A DNA stretch of 64,000 nt from Bacillota bacterium. Its GTDB lineage: Bacteria > Bacillota > JAAYKD01. The stretch covers positions 1,632,001-1,696,000 of the forward strand of contig OY762825.2 of NCBI GenBank assembly GCA_963666425.2, given 5' to 3'. The notes under the pieces were generated by a model. It was not told where the DNA came from and searched no databases. It saw nothing but the letters and a program-made list of their open reading frames with translations. The position numbers and the translations under genes were made by a program. Each line of letters begins with the position of its first letter. The first letter of the stretch is position 1. Positions 49,875 through 60,392 of this stretch are shown here, in pieces.

Positions 49875-52519
49875 GTATTCTGACCAAGATTACCATCAAG
49901 CAAATGCTGCAGAATAAACGCCGCAGTTTGGTCACGATTGTCGGTGTGATAATTTCGGTTGCGATGATCACAGCGGTCAGCAGTTTCGGCGGTACCTTTA
50001 TGAATTATTTCCAACGCATCATCATCGCCGATACCGGCGATTTTCAAATGGCTTGTTTGGATATCAGCGGAACCGATGTCCGTACGGTGCTGCAGCAGGA
50101 CTATGTGAAGCAGCACTATACCATTTTGCCGATGGGATTTGCCAAAGGCGAACCCTTGTATGGCAGCCGCCCCTTCCTCTATGTGATGGCGATCAATCCG
50201 GGAGGGTTTGAGCCGGCACAGATGACTTTGAGTGCAGGCCGTTATCCGGCCAATGACAGCGAAGTGATTCTCTCGGATCAATTTACCAAACAATTAACCG
50301 AAAAATATCGGATCGGTGATCGAATTTCTCTTGATTTGGGTACGCGTTATCATCCAATCGATGAAAGATACCTGCGAGCGACCGATGTTTACGAAAAAGG
50401 CACGGAAGAATTTCAGTATCGAGAAACGAAGCAATACACCATTGTTGGTTTTGCCAACCTGACCGTGGTGGAAGCCAGTTACTCCCCCGCTTTTACTGCC
50501 GTGACCTGTCTGAATGAAGCAAACCTAACCGAGCAGGATACCGTACAGCTTTATCTCAGCGTGAATCATTTGGACAGCAGCATTTATGATAAAGGCATTG
50601 CTCTAAAAGAGACGCTTGCTCGGGGCAGTGTGGACTTTAATGATGAACTGCTTTTCTATAATGGTATGAATCAGGATTTCAGTTTTATGCTGACCGTTTA
50701 TGGCGTAGCTGCGGTTTTGATTGTGATTATCATCATTGGTTCTATTTCCTTGATCTATAACGCCTTTGCCATTTCCGTTACCGACCGCAGCAGCGATTTT
50801 GGTATGTTGGCCAGCGTCGGCGCAACCAAAGCGCAAAAACGTGCGATGGTCTTGACGGAAGCCGGGTTGATCGGCGCTATTGCGATTCCCCTGGGGATTT
50901 TCTTTGGCTTTCTGGGCATCGGTATCACTTTTATTTGTGTCAGTCCTTTGCTGGGCAGCTCGTTAAACCTGACGGTCCCGCTGCGTCTGAAGATTATGCC
51001 ATCGGCAATGATCGCAGCAATTCTGCTTTCTTCGCTGACGATCCTGCTTTCCGCTTGGCTGCCGGCCAGACGTGCGGCGAAAATCACACCAATTGACGCC
51101 ATCCGTCAGACCATGGATGTTAAACTGACAGCCAAGGCAGTCAGGACATCCAAATTGACCCGCAAGTTGTTTGGTTTGGAAGGCGAATTGGCACTGAAAA
51201 ACATGAAACGAAACCGCTTGCGTTACCGCACCACGCTGTTTTCTTTGGTTGTTTCGCTTTGCCTGTTCCTTTCCGCCAGCGCATTTACTTATTACTTATC
51301 CAATGCTTTCCTGATGAGCAATGACACGATCGATTGTGATCTGAATATCAATGGCTATTACGATGGCGATCTGCAGCAGCTGCTGACCGTCTCACAGGAA
51401 ATCGGAAATTTGGATGTGGTGGACTCCGCTGTGATTATGACACCGACCTACAATCAGTATGAATTGGACAAAACACTCTTCAGTCAGACTACCCTCGATT
51501 ATTTTGCCGCTCTCAGCGGGCAGCAGGGGTCTGATTTTGCTGCAAAGACAATGAATCTGCAACTCAGTCTGATGGCGGTGGATCAGCGGACTTTGGCAGA
51601 GTATTGCCAGGCAGCCGGGGTTGATTTTAGCGAGATGCAGAAGACAGCACAGCTGCCGGTGATTGTCGTCAATGACTATGTTTTGAAAGATAATAAAAAT
51701 TACCAGGATATCAGCATTTTTAGTCCGCAGAAAGTGGAGACCTTACCTTTTTCCACCTGGCGTTATCAGGATCAAACCGTTGTGGATGCAGAAGGCGTGT
51801 CGTCCAGTGAGACCGAACGGGTCTTGAACCAGGAATTTACTTTAAATGTTGTTGCCATGACGGGAGAACGTTTCACCGGTATTCCTGAAACGCTCTATGC
51901 ACCGGATACCGTTTACTTAGTGACTTCTTTCGATGTTTTACAAGCGATGGACCAGGCGGCGGCCAGCCATCAGATCGAACTGTTTCTTAACAGTAAATCA
52001 CTGACAGAAGCGGAAGAAGCAATTCGCGTCATTACCGATGAACACACGGCCAGCTATCACAGTAATTGGAATTTCTATAATGTGACCGACCAAAAGAACA
52101 AATCCAATAACATGCTGTTGGCGATCAATATTTTTATCTATGGCTTTGTGACGCTGATTTCTGCCATTGGTGTGGCTAACATGTTCAACACGATTTCTAC
52201 CTCTTTGACTTTGCGCAAGCGTGAATTTGCCATGCTGCAATCGGTAGGGATGACCCCGCACAGCTTTAACCGCATGATTTCCTTCGAGAGTCTGCTCTAT
52301 GGTCTGAAGACGCTGTTCTATGGTTTACCGCTTGGTTTTGCCGTGATGTATTTGATCTATGCGATTCTGGGCCGTAATTTTGCCACCAGCTTCACGGTAC
52401 CTTGGGACAGTGTGATCGGCGGCGTAACTGGGGTGATGGTAGTGATTGCCGCCACCATGGCCTGGTCTTCGCGGCGGATCAAACAGGAAAGCATTGTGGA
52501 AACCCTGCGCCGTCAGTAG
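49871..52519 (+). CDS. FtsX/MacB-type ABC permease (duplicated architecture)
   Basis: Two FtsX-like TM clusters (FGMLASVGAT; REFAMLQSVGMT) with large extracellular loops. Confidence 0.88.
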   Translation: MSILTKITIKQMLQNKRRSLVTIVGVIISVAMITAVSSFGGTFMNYFQRIIIADTGDFQMACLDISGTDVRTVLQQDYVKQHYTILPMGFAKGEPLYGSRPFLYVMAINPGGFEPAQMTLSAGRYPANDSEVILSDQFTKQLTEKYRIGDRISLDLGTRYHPIDERYLRATDVYEKGTEEFQYRETKQYTIVGFANLTVVEASYSPAFTAVTCLNEANLTEQDTVQLYLSVNHLDSSIYDKGIALKETLARGSVDFNDELLFYNGMNQDFSFMLTVYGVAAVLIVIIIIGSISLIYNAFAISVTDRSSDFGMLASVGATKAQKRAMVLTEAGLIGAIAIPLGIFFGFLGIGITFICVSPLLGSSLNLTVPLRLKIMPSAMIAAILLSSLTILLSAWLPARRAAKITPIDAIRQTMDVKLTAKAVRTSKLTRKLFGLEGELALKNMKRNRLRYRTTLFSLVVSLCLFLSASAFTYYLSNAFLMSNDTIDCDLNINGYYDGDLQQLLTVSQEIGNLDVVDSAVIMTPTYNQYELDKTLFSQTTLDYFAALSGQQGSDFAAKTMNLQLSLMAVDQRTLAEYCQAAGVDFSEMQKTAQLPVIVVNDYVLKDNKNYQDISIFSPQKVETLPFSTWRYQDQTVVDAEGVSSSETERVLNQEFTLNVVAMTGERFTGIPETLYAPDTVYLVTSFDVLQAMDQAAASHQIELFLNSKSLTEAEEAIRVITDEHTASYHSNWNFYNVTDQKNKSNNMLLAINIFIYGFVTLISAIGVANMFNTISTSLTLRKREFAMLQSVGMTPHSFNRMISFESLLYGLKTLFYGLPLGFAVMYLIYAILGRNFATSFTVPWDSVIGGVTGVMVVIAATMAWSSRRIKQESIVETLRRQ

Positions 52520-52678
52520 CAACTGTGTTCGAATCCAAACATTCCCAAGGATAAAGGGAAAAATCTCCATCACGCAGAAATGAATGCTTTGAGTCTTTTG
52601 GATCAGAGCAGATTATGGCGGATGGAGATTTTTCTAGGCGGATCTATGTAGTTGTTATTCAGGAAGGGAGCCTCAGCC

Positions 52679-53458
52679 ATGACGGAAAAACGAGAAAACT
52701 ATACAGAAATGAATGCGAAAACCTGGGATCATTGGGCAGAGAGCGGCAACACCTGGACGGTTCCTATCACACATGAAGAATTTCTGAAGGCGAAAAACGG
52801 CGAGTGGGGTGTTTATCTGACGCCCTGTAAAACAGTGCCGCAGGATTGGTTTGGTCAATTGAATGGTGCGAAGCTGCTGGGCCTTGCCAGCGGCGGCGGC
52901 CAGCAAATGCCGATTTTTGCGAGTTTAGGTGCCGAGTGTACGTTATTTGATTATTCCGACCGACAGTTGGCAGCAGACGCGCTGTTTGCTCAACGGGAAG
53001 GTTATCCGCTGTGCAGCATCAAAGGAGACATGAGTCGGCCGCTGCCGTTTGCCGACGGCAGCTTTGATCTGATTTTTCATCCGGTTGCCAACTGCTATAT
53101 CGAAGAAGTGGTTCCGCTCTGGCGCGAATGCTTTCGTATCCTAAAAAGCGACGGCGTTCTGCTGGCCGGAATGGATAATGGCTTAAACTATCTTTTTGAG
53201 GATGACAGCCAGTTGCCCTTGACGGTAACGCATCAATTACCCTATAACCCTCTGCGAATGAGCGAAGAGGAGTACGAGCGCAGCGTGCAAAATTGGAACG
53301 GTATTCAGTTCAGCCATTCCCTGGAAGAGCAGATCGGCGGTCAGCTGCAAGCTGGGTTTCGGTTAACCCATCTCTATGAAGACCGTGATCGGCAGGGACA
53401 GGGTTTAATCCGGGAGTTTATGCCGCAATATCTGGCGACACGCGCCGTCAAGCCGTAA
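52679..53458 (+). CDS. Class I SAM-dependent methyltransferase
   Basis: LLGLASGGGQQ, FDYS, GDM..PLPF....FDLI. Confidence 0.88.
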   Translation: MTEKRENYTEMNAKTWDHWAESGNTWTVPITHEEFLKAKNGEWGVYLTPCKTVPQDWFGQLNGAKLLGLASGGGQQMPIFASLGAECTLFDYSDRQLAADALFAQREGYPLCSIKGDMSRPLPFADGSFDLIFHPVANCYIEEVVPLWRECFRILKSDGVLLAGMDNGLNYLFEDDSQLPLTVTHQLPYNPLRMSEEEYERSVQNWNGIQFSHSLEEQIGGQLQAGFRLTHLYEDRDRQGQGLIREFMPQYLATRAVKP

Positions 53459-53467
53459 GGAGAAAAT

Positions 53468-54505
53468 ATGGCAATCTCACGGGAGGAACTGAAAGCACGC
53501 ATCCTCTATGCGCAGCATCTGACAGCAAAATCGGATCTATTGACTGTTTGCCAGGATTTAAACGGCTTCCAGGCGCAGTATATGACCAATGTTTATCATG
53601 GTTTGCAGATCCGCTGCAGGGAACCGCTGGAGCAAACGCGCATTCGCGAGCAATTGGTGAAAAGCTGGACAATTCGGGGCACGCTGCATGCCTTTGCCGA
53701 AGCGGATTTGCCGCTTTTTTTGCATGCGGACAGAAGACATTACCTGCGGGCGGTCGATACGGCAGCAGCAGACGAATTTATCGGCGCAGAACGCAAAAAA
53801 ATCCTGGCTGATCGGATTGTTAATTTGATTGGCAGCGGTGTCAATGATCGGGCAGCACTGAAAGAGCATTGCCTGTTGAGTGGTATGACAGAACAGGAAA
53901 GCAAGAGTATTTTTAATGCCTGGGGAGGTACCCTGCGTGATTTAGCGGAACGGGGAATTCTTTGTTATCAGGCGCAGCAGAAAAAGACCTTTCGGCTCTG
54001 CCCAACGTTTCAGCCGCTGGCGGAAAGCACAGCCAAATTAGAAATCCTGCGCCGTTATTTTACTCATTTCGCTCCCGCCACCGTCAAGGATGCCGCTTAT
54101 TATCTGGGCTGCACACAGGCAGAGGTCAGAGAGTATCTGCAGCGGCTGCCAGTACGAGCGATAGAGCTGGAAAACCGGACTTATTTCCAAATAGAACAGG
54201 AAGAAAAAGAGATACCCGAGATTCCGGCTTGTCTCTTCCTAGCGGGCTTTGACCAGCTGATGCTGGGCTATGCCAAGGAGCAGAACCCCTTTCTGCCGCA
54301 GGAAGCCATTCGTGGTATTTTTAACTTAGCCGGTATCGTCATGCCGGCGATCTTACTGCGCGGCAGCGTCGTTGGCAAATGGAAAAAACAAAAAAATCGG
54401 CTGTCTTTTACTCTGTTCGAGTTCCTAACGGAGTCGGATCAAAAGCTGATCGAGGAATCTGCCGAGCAAGCTTGGAGCGAAATAAAAAAAATCAGCTGGG
54501 AGTGA
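53468..54505 (+). CDS. AlkZ-like winged-helix DNA glycosylase (HTH_42)
   Basis: QAQ catalytic-type motif, W.IRGTLH, RYF.HFAPAT..D, LAGFDQLMLGY, VVGKW. Confidence 0.85.
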   Translation: MAISREELKARILYAQHLTAKSDLLTVCQDLNGFQAQYMTNVYHGLQIRCREPLEQTRIREQLVKSWTIRGTLHAFAEADLPLFLHADRRHYLRAVDTAAADEFIGAERKKILADRIVNLIGSGVNDRAALKEHCLLSGMTEQESKSIFNAWGGTLRDLAERGILCYQAQQKKTFRLCPTFQPLAESTAKLEILRRYFTHFAPATVKDAAYYLGCTQAEVREYLQRLPVRAIELENRTYFQIEQEEKEIPEIPACLFLAGFDQLMLGYAKEQNPFLPQEAIRGIFNLAGIVMPAILLRGSVVGKWKKQKNRLSFTLFEFLTESDQKLIEESAEQAWSEIKKISWE

Positions 54506-54534
54506 AAATTCTCAGCTGTTTTTTTTTATTTGGC

Positions 54535-54594
54535 TTGACAAACGTTTTCTACAGATGTAGAATGCAAATAAGCAAATGTTCTACAAACGTAGAG
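54535..54594 (+). promoter_or_regulatory. Promoter with two BlaI/MecI-type operators
   Basis: TTGACA (54535)-17-TAGAAT; TTCTACAGATGTAGAA (54547-54562) and TTCTACAAACGTAGAG (54579-54594) match TACAnnTGTA. Confidence 0.82.
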
Positions 54595-54610
54595 AAAATG
54601 GGGGATTCTT

Positions 54611-54982
54611 TTGAGAAAATTATCAGAGAGCGAATTGGAAATTATGTTGGCCATTTGGAGTACGCCGGAGGCCGTCAAATCCTCTTATGTGGCGGAGTGT
54701 ATGAAGGAAAAAGGCTGGGCTAAAACGACTGTTTTAAATTTTCTGGCCCGCTTGGTGGAGAAGGAATTTCTGGCTTGTGATAACCAAGGGAAAATCAATC
54801 TTTATACCCCTTTGGTCAAAGAAGAGGACTACCTCAAATTAGAAAACAAGAGATTCTTGGGTATGTTTTATCAAAATTCAGTTAAGAATCTGGTCGCAGG
54901 CTTATATCAAAATCAGGAAATCAGCAATCAGGATCTGGAGGAACTAAGGAAATTTCTAGCCGAGAAGTCGAAAGAGGTGTAA
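54611..54982 (+). CDS. BlaI/MecI/CopY family repressor
   Basis: LSESELEIM..IW, WAKTTV.NFLARLVEK. Confidence 0.92.
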   Translation: MRKLSESELEIMLAIWSTPEAVKSSYVAECMKEKGWAKTTVLNFLARLVEKEFLACDNQGKINLYTPLVKEEDYLKLENKRFLGMFYQNSVKNLVAGLYQNQEISNQDLEELRKFLAEKSKEV

Positions 54983-54986
54983 TGCG

Positions 54987-57107
54987 ATGATCGAAAGCGT
55001 TTTTGAGAATTTGATCGAGATCACAGTTTCTGTTTCGATTGTGATTGCATTTTTACTCCTGCTGTCTCGTTTTTGGGATCGGAATTATACGGCGAAATGG
55101 CGCTATTGGCTCTGGCTGGCTTTGGCGATTCGTTTGCTGATCCCGCTGAACCTGACGCTGCCCGATCCACCTCTGCAGCTTGCCGCGCCTGATTTTAGTA
55201 TGCCCATGACTGCCGCAAATACGCCGTTGGTGCTGACGAATACAGAAATCAGTCAAGCAAAGCAGCAACAAACGACGGCTGCTGCCACGGAAGCCGCAGT
55301 GAAACCTTCGGCGCATCCGTTGGCTTTCTTTACAAAGCTGTCTTCGCAGCAGCTGCTGATCCTGTGCTGGCTGGCCGGCAGTGTAATTTTCTTGAGTTAC
55401 CAGTTACTGAGCTATGCTGCTTATCGTAAAAGTTTGAGACCTTGGTGTCGGGAAATCAAAAACCCGGAGATCCTGCAGACTTATCAGAATGTATGCAGCG
55501 AACTGGCCATCAAAACAGCGATACCGCTCTTATCCTGTAAGAGAATCAGCAGTCCCGTGGTGATCGGCTTTTGGCGGCCGCTGCTTTTGCTGCCGGATTG
55601 CGGGTTGCCAGAAGTGCAGACGGAGATGGTTCTACGTCATGAACTGATTCATGTCAAACGCCGCGATATTCTCTATAAAGCTTTGCTTTTATTAGTCAGG
55701 GCGGTGCATTGGTTCAATCCTTTTGTCCATCTGATGGCACTGGCAGCCAATCAAGACATCGAGTTGTCCTGCGATGCCAGCGTGGTGGCAAATCGGGATC
55801 TTATTTACCGTAAAAAATACAGCGAAACGCTGCTGGCGGCTGCACAAGGTGGCAGTAGGACGAAAGCAGTATTTTCTACGAATTTTGGAGGAGGAAAGCA
55901 AATGCTGAAGCAAAGGCTAAACAGTCTCTTCGATTTTCGTTACAAGAGCAGAGGAATTCCGGCGCTGATCCTGCTGATTATGCTGCTTGGTGTAGTCGGT
56001 GTCTGTATCAGCTGCACACCGAATGCGGCCGCTTTACGCTACGAAAACAAGACATTCGGATTTACGCTCACCTTTCCCAGAGAGTGGTCTGATCGGTATA
56101 TCATCCAAGAGGAAGAGAATGGGATTGCCGTTTACAGCAAAAAGGTCTATCAGCAATACCAAGGCATGGGCCGGCTCTTTACCCTCAGCAGAACAGTGGG
56201 AGAGCTGATTACAGAGGCCGATGTAGAACAGGAGCCTGTGCGGATGCAGATTGTGCTGCAGGGCAACGGTTATACTTATCTCACCCGTATGCCGTCGGAT
56301 CTGCAGTGCCCACCGAATGAGCAAGCACTCACAACCGAGTATGAAGCCTTGTCTGCCAAGGTCAATCAGGTGGGTAGCTGGATAGCTTTGTTGGGCAATC
56401 AAACACCCAAAGCGGAGAATGAGGGTTATCGGGTAGTGGGAACCAGCTATTTTACATTGGAGATTCCACAAGGCTGGCAACTGCGGGCGGTGGAGGAAGT
56501 ACCGCAGGTTTGGCAGCTGCTGGACGCACAGGCAAAAAACATCGGTACTGTCCGGCAGGTGCTGTATCAGACAGAGGGACCGGTTGATTCGACCTTTCTA
56601 GAGGCAGATTTACTGCAGCAAGACAATTACCGTGAGTTTAAAATTACATTGACTCGAAATGATGAGAATCAGAAGATCCTGACAAAAATGAAAGACAGCT
56701 TTGTTTTTACCGGTGGACCTTTTAACGTCTTGGATTTACAGTATAATGCGCTGCAATATCTGGCACGGGATGGGCAGAAACGGTTCGGTAAAATCGTCGG
56801 TCTAATCCAAGAGAATGGCAAAGCAACAGCCGTCCAGGTAAATGTCATGGAATTTTTGATTGATGAAACAGCGCCAAATGGTTTTCAAATCCGCGATTTG
56901 CAGCGGAGTGAGACCTTCTCTCTCGAATTTGGCGTCCAAATAGCTCCGCTCGTTGCACCGAACAACAACACTTACGGCACGTATGAGCTGCCTATTTTGG
57001 ATCAGAGCTTTGTTGAGAAGTATACAAATTACAAAGATTACTACTATGATTTTATTCTTGCCAGTGACGGGCAGTTGAAAATCATCCTGGCTCATTACGT
57101 ACCATAA
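54987..57107 (+). CDS. M56 family (BlaR1/MecR1-like) membrane metallopeptidase
   Basis: RY.LW..LAIRLLIP, HELIH.KRRD, HWFNP, E.SCD, LKQRL; extracellular C-terminus not recognised. Confidence 0.9.
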   Translation: MIESVFENLIEITVSVSIVIAFLLLLSRFWDRNYTAKWRYWLWLALAIRLLIPLNLTLPDPPLQLAAPDFSMPMTAANTPLVLTNTEISQAKQQQTTAAATEAAVKPSAHPLAFFTKLSSQQLLILCWLAGSVIFLSYQLLSYAAYRKSLRPWCREIKNPEILQTYQNVCSELAIKTAIPLLSCKRISSPVVIGFWRPLLLLPDCGLPEVQTEMVLRHELIHVKRRDILYKALLLLVRAVHWFNPFVHLMALAANQDIELSCDASVVANRDLIYRKKYSETLLAAAQGGSRTKAVFSTNFGGGKQMLKQRLNSLFDFRYKSRGIPALILLIMLLGVVGVCISCTPNAAALRYENKTFGFTLTFPREWSDRYIIQEEENGIAVYSKKVYQQYQGMGRLFTLSRTVGELITEADVEQEPVRMQIVLQGNGYTYLTRMPSDLQCPPNEQALTTEYEALSAKVNQVGSWIALLGNQTPKAENEGYRVVGTSYFTLEIPQGWQLRAVEEVPQVWQLLDAQAKNIGTVRQVLYQTEGPVDSTFLEADLLQQDNYREFKITLTRNDENQKILTKMKDSFVFTGGPFNVLDLQYNALQYLARDGQKRFGKIVGLIQENGKATAVQVNVMEFLIDETAPNGFQIRDLQRSETFSLEFGVQIAPLVAPNNNTYGTYELPILDQSFVEKYTNYKDYYYDFILASDGQLKIILAHYVP

Positions 57108-57188
57108 TTTACAAAAAAAGGGCTGCCGCAAAGATAGACTTGCATTTTCAGTGCCTTCCTGCTAAATTGGAGACAAAGAGGTGTTTTT

Positions 57189-57995
57189 ATGAGTATGGAA
57201 GCCAAAAAGCTCTATGCCTTGCTGGAAGAAGAATTTAAGCCATTCGAGTGCACCGAAGTGTTTCCCAAAATCGGGCTGCAGTATCATCACTGTGACGAAG
57301 TACAGCGGGTTTACACCGCAAACTTCGCCAGTCCGGAAGTTTTCGAACAATTGATTGCTTTGGATGCCAGAGCATGTCTGTTGTTTACCCATCACCCTGC
57401 ACCGCAGCGGAAACTTGCTTCCGATCCGCCGGCTGTGATCCCAGAGCAGTATCTTGAGGAATTAGCGAAACGTCAAATCAGCCTGTTTTCTTATCATATT
57501 CCCTTGGACCGCAACGGCCGCTGGTCTCCGGGCAACAATCTGGCTAAGGCAATCGCTGCTGCGCCATATGATGAGTTTTATTTCCAAAATGGTGTTCTGA
57601 TGGGAGTATTATGCAATTCCGGCTATACTACGGTTGATCAATTGACCGAAACGCTGCAAACTGCGCTGAATCATGAGGTCAAATGTTATGCCTACGGTGA
57701 GTCAGCTCTGCAAAACGGACGTTTGGCCATCATGGCAGGCGGCGCTAAAAATACGGAGATTTATCGCGAGCTTCATGAGAAGGGGATTAACGCTTTTATT
57801 ACCGGAGTGACCAATGCAGAAACTTCTTGGGTAGCCGATCTGCATCAGCAGGCGAAGAAGTATCAGATCAATTTGATCGGCGGTACGCATTACTCCACCG
57901 AAAAATTCGCACCAATGGCGATCTGCCACTATTTTTCTGCTTTGGGTTTACCGTCACAATTCTTGCCGGAAACTCCGCAGCTGCAGGAAATGTAA
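57189..57995 (+). CDS. NIF3-like dinuclear metal centre protein
   Basis: FTHHP, SYHIPLD, FITG, GTHYSTEK. Confidence 0.8.
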   Translation: MSMEAKKLYALLEEEFKPFECTEVFPKIGLQYHHCDEVQRVYTANFASPEVFEQLIALDARACLLFTHHPAPQRKLASDPPAVIPEQYLEELAKRQISLFSYHIPLDRNGRWSPGNNLAKAIAAAPYDEFYFQNGVLMGVLCNSGYTTVDQLTETLQTALNHEVKCYAYGESALQNGRLAIMAGGAKNTEIYRELHEKGINAFITGVTNAETSWVADLHQQAKKYQINLIGGTHYSTEKFAPMAICHYFSALGLPSQFLPETPQLQEM

Positions 57996-58113
57996 AGAGC
58001 GCAGGCGTTTGAAATGACTCGGGAGAAATTTCGTTAGAGCGTTCCGACCAGATCAGGTTTAAAAAAGAAGCATCCGGCATGCCGGGTGCTTCGCTGTTCT
58101 GTTGTGCAGTTTT

Positions 58114-58653
58114 TTATTTGCCTTTTAAGTAGTGGGTTTGATAGTTCGTAATCGCGCGAGCGATGACTTTTTCGGCTTCTTCACGACCGTAGACCTGATT
58201 GGCAACCGTCGATTTTCCTTCCAGATCTTTATAGACGCTGAAAAAATGCAGCATTTCCTTAAAGATATGATCGGGCAGATCGGAGATGTCGTGATAGGAA
58301 TTATTGCCCGGATCACCAAAGGGAATGGCGATGATTTTTTCGTCATGCGCTCCTTCATCGATCATATCCACCACACCGATGGGGTAGCAGCGCACTAAGA
58401 CCAAGGGGTCTAACTCTTCGGAACAGAGCACCAAGACATCCAAAGGATCGTTATCGTCGCCATATGTGAGCGGAATAAAACCATAATTGGCGGGGTAATG
58501 GGTAGAAGTGAACAAAATTCGATCCAGAACAATCATCCCGGTCGTTTTGTCCAGCTCATATTTCTTTTTGCTGCCTTTGGAAATCTCGATCACAGCGGTG
58601 AAATCGGTGGAATTGATACGGGCTGGGTTCATATCGTGCCAGATATTAGGCAT
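58114..58653 (-). CDS. ppa: Inorganic pyrophosphatase, family I
   Basis: KYE, YPANYGFIP, DNDPLDVLV, DEKII, FF.VYKDLE. Confidence 0.94.
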   Translation of the reverse strand: MPNIWHDMNPARINSTDFTAVIEISKGSKKKYELDKTTGMIVLDRILFTSTHYPANYGFIPLTYGDDNDPLDVLVLCSEELDPLVLVRCYPIGVVDMIDEGAHDEKIIAIPFGDPGNNSYHDISDLPDHIFKEMLHFFSVYKDLEGKSTVANQVYGREEAEKVIARAITNYQTHYLKGK

Positions 58654-58756
58654 GGAAAAACTCCTTTCAAGTTCAGATGATTGATGATTTATTGCAAGCT
58701 AAGCATACTCTAAAACAGCCTACAAAGCAAGAATGACTGTAGGGAGCAATGCACGC

Positions 58757-59536
58757 TTATTTCCAAACAACATCCGCTGCTTTGCGCGGTGCCGTCCGCC
58801 TGTAGGTAACATCCGGATAACCCAAGACCAGACAGATGACGATAGGTTTCCCGCCAAGGCCAAGCAAGGCTTGCGCTTCCTTGTTGTTGCGCAGAGCGGC
58901 AGAGATAAATCCGCTGTAAAGCACACCCAGGTTAAGGGCATTGGCCAGCAATTCGATATAGGCGGCGGCCAGGCTGCCGTTGACGGTGGAACTGGCTGTA
59001 ATGACCAGAACGGCGGGTGCATCAAAGAAAAAGCCATCCTGTTCGTTTTCGTCGTACGCTTTTAAGAGTTTCTGCCAAAAAGCGCTGGGTTTCTCTGCGC
59101 TTTCCAGCGTTTGGCGGATGGTCTGCCAGATCAGCGGTTTAAATTCCGGCAATTTTTCCTCTACGATGGTCAAGCTGACATCCTGCCGATTGCTGCCGGT
59201 GGGAGCAAAACGTCCGGCCTGGACCAGCTGTTCCAGCACGCTGTGCGCGATGGCATCTGGTTTAAATTGACGAATACTGCGTCGATATTTCATCAGATGC
59301 AGCAGATTTTGCGGATTCACTGAAAAGGCGGCTGCTTGATATTCTTCCAAGTCATCGCTGGGGTAATTGGTGTTGACAATCGCCTGCTGCGGGCAAAGCG
59401 CGACGCAATGGCCGCACTGCATACAACCGATTTCGGTGGCAGCAGCTTTTCCATTCAGTATTGTGATGCAGCCGGTAAAGCAATCGCCTACGCAAAGGCC
59501 GCAGCCGTTGCAGAGCTCTGTGTTGATCTGAATCAT
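58757..59536 (-). CDS. Nitroreductase with N-terminal 2x[4Fe-4S] ferredoxin domain
   Basis: CNGCGLCVGDC, CMQCGHCVALCP, RRSIRQF, APTGSNRQ, LGYP. Confidence 0.92.
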   Translation of the reverse strand: MIQINTELCNGCGLCVGDCFTGCITILNGKAAATEIGCMQCGHCVALCPQQAIVNTNYPSDDLEEYQAAAFSVNPQNLLHLMKYRRSIRQFKPDAIAHSVLEQLVQAGRFAPTGSNRQDVSLTIVEEKLPEFKPLIWQTIRQTLESAEKPSAFWQKLLKAYDENEQDGFFFDAPAVLVITASSTVNGSLAAAYIELLANALNLGVLYSGFISAALRNNKEAQALLGLGGKPIVICLVLGYPDVTYRRTAPRKAADVVWK

Positions 59537-59566
59537 TTTTTGAAAACCTCCCTATGTTCGCTTCTG

Positions 59567-60148
59567 CTATTTGCAACAGGTATGTTGAAAAACCGGATTG
59601 AACGGACAGCTGGCAAGATGGTCGTTGATCACACCGATTGCCCCCAAATAGGAGTAGATGATGGTGCTGCCAACAAATTTGAAGCCGCGCTTTTTTAATT
59701 CGGCGCTGACTTTGTCCGAAAGTGCAGAGGTTGCCGGTACTTCGGATTGCAGCTGCCAATTGTTCAGCACGGGATTGCCATTAGTGAAAGACCAGATATA
59801 GGCATCAAAGCTGCCATATTCTTCTTGAATTTGCAGAAAAGCCTGTGCATTGGTAACCGCGGCCGCAATCTTGCTTTTATTGCGGACAATTTGGGTGTTT
59901 TCCGCTAATTCCCGGCATTTTTCCGGGGCATAGGCAGCTACTTTTTCCGGCAGAAAGTGATCAAAGGCTTCCTGAAAGGCGGGGCGTTTTTTTAAAATCG
60001 TCAGCCAGCTTAATCCGGCCTGGAAACCTTCCAAAATGAGCAGCTCAAATAATAAACGGTCCTCATGGCAGGGAGTACCCCATTCACTGTCATGATAAGC
60101 AACCGACCAGGGATCGACAGCCCAGGGACAACGCGGCGGGTTTGGCAT
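59567..60148 (-). CDS. tag: DNA-3-methyladenine glycosylase I
   Basis: RCPWA, YHDSEWG, LEGFQAGLSW, GFKFVG, NDH...C. Confidence 0.94.
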   Translation of the reverse strand: MPNPPRCPWAVDPWSVAYHDSEWGTPCHEDRLLFELLILEGFQAGLSWLTILKKRPAFQEAFDHFLPEKVAAYAPEKCRELAENTQIVRNKSKIAAAVTNAQAFLQIQEEYGSFDAYIWSFTNGNPVLNNWQLQSEVPATSALSDKVSAELKKRGFKFVGSTIIYSYLGAIGVINDHLASCPFNPVFQHTCCK

Positions 60149-60392
60149 GGCGGAAGCCTCCTTGCTTGCTAGAATTTCACATAGATTTCATTTGACGATA
60201 GCGGCGTTATTGAGTATGATAAGGGTTATCTTTTACTCATAAGGATAATTTACCACAGAGGGCAAGATAAATGCAAGGTTTGCGCGAATATTTCCCAACT
60301 TCGATTACTGGCAATACAGCCGTGGGGATTGATCTGGAGCACTGCGCGTAACATATCAGGCACAGGTCGAATTGAAAAAGGAGCTGTTTTTT

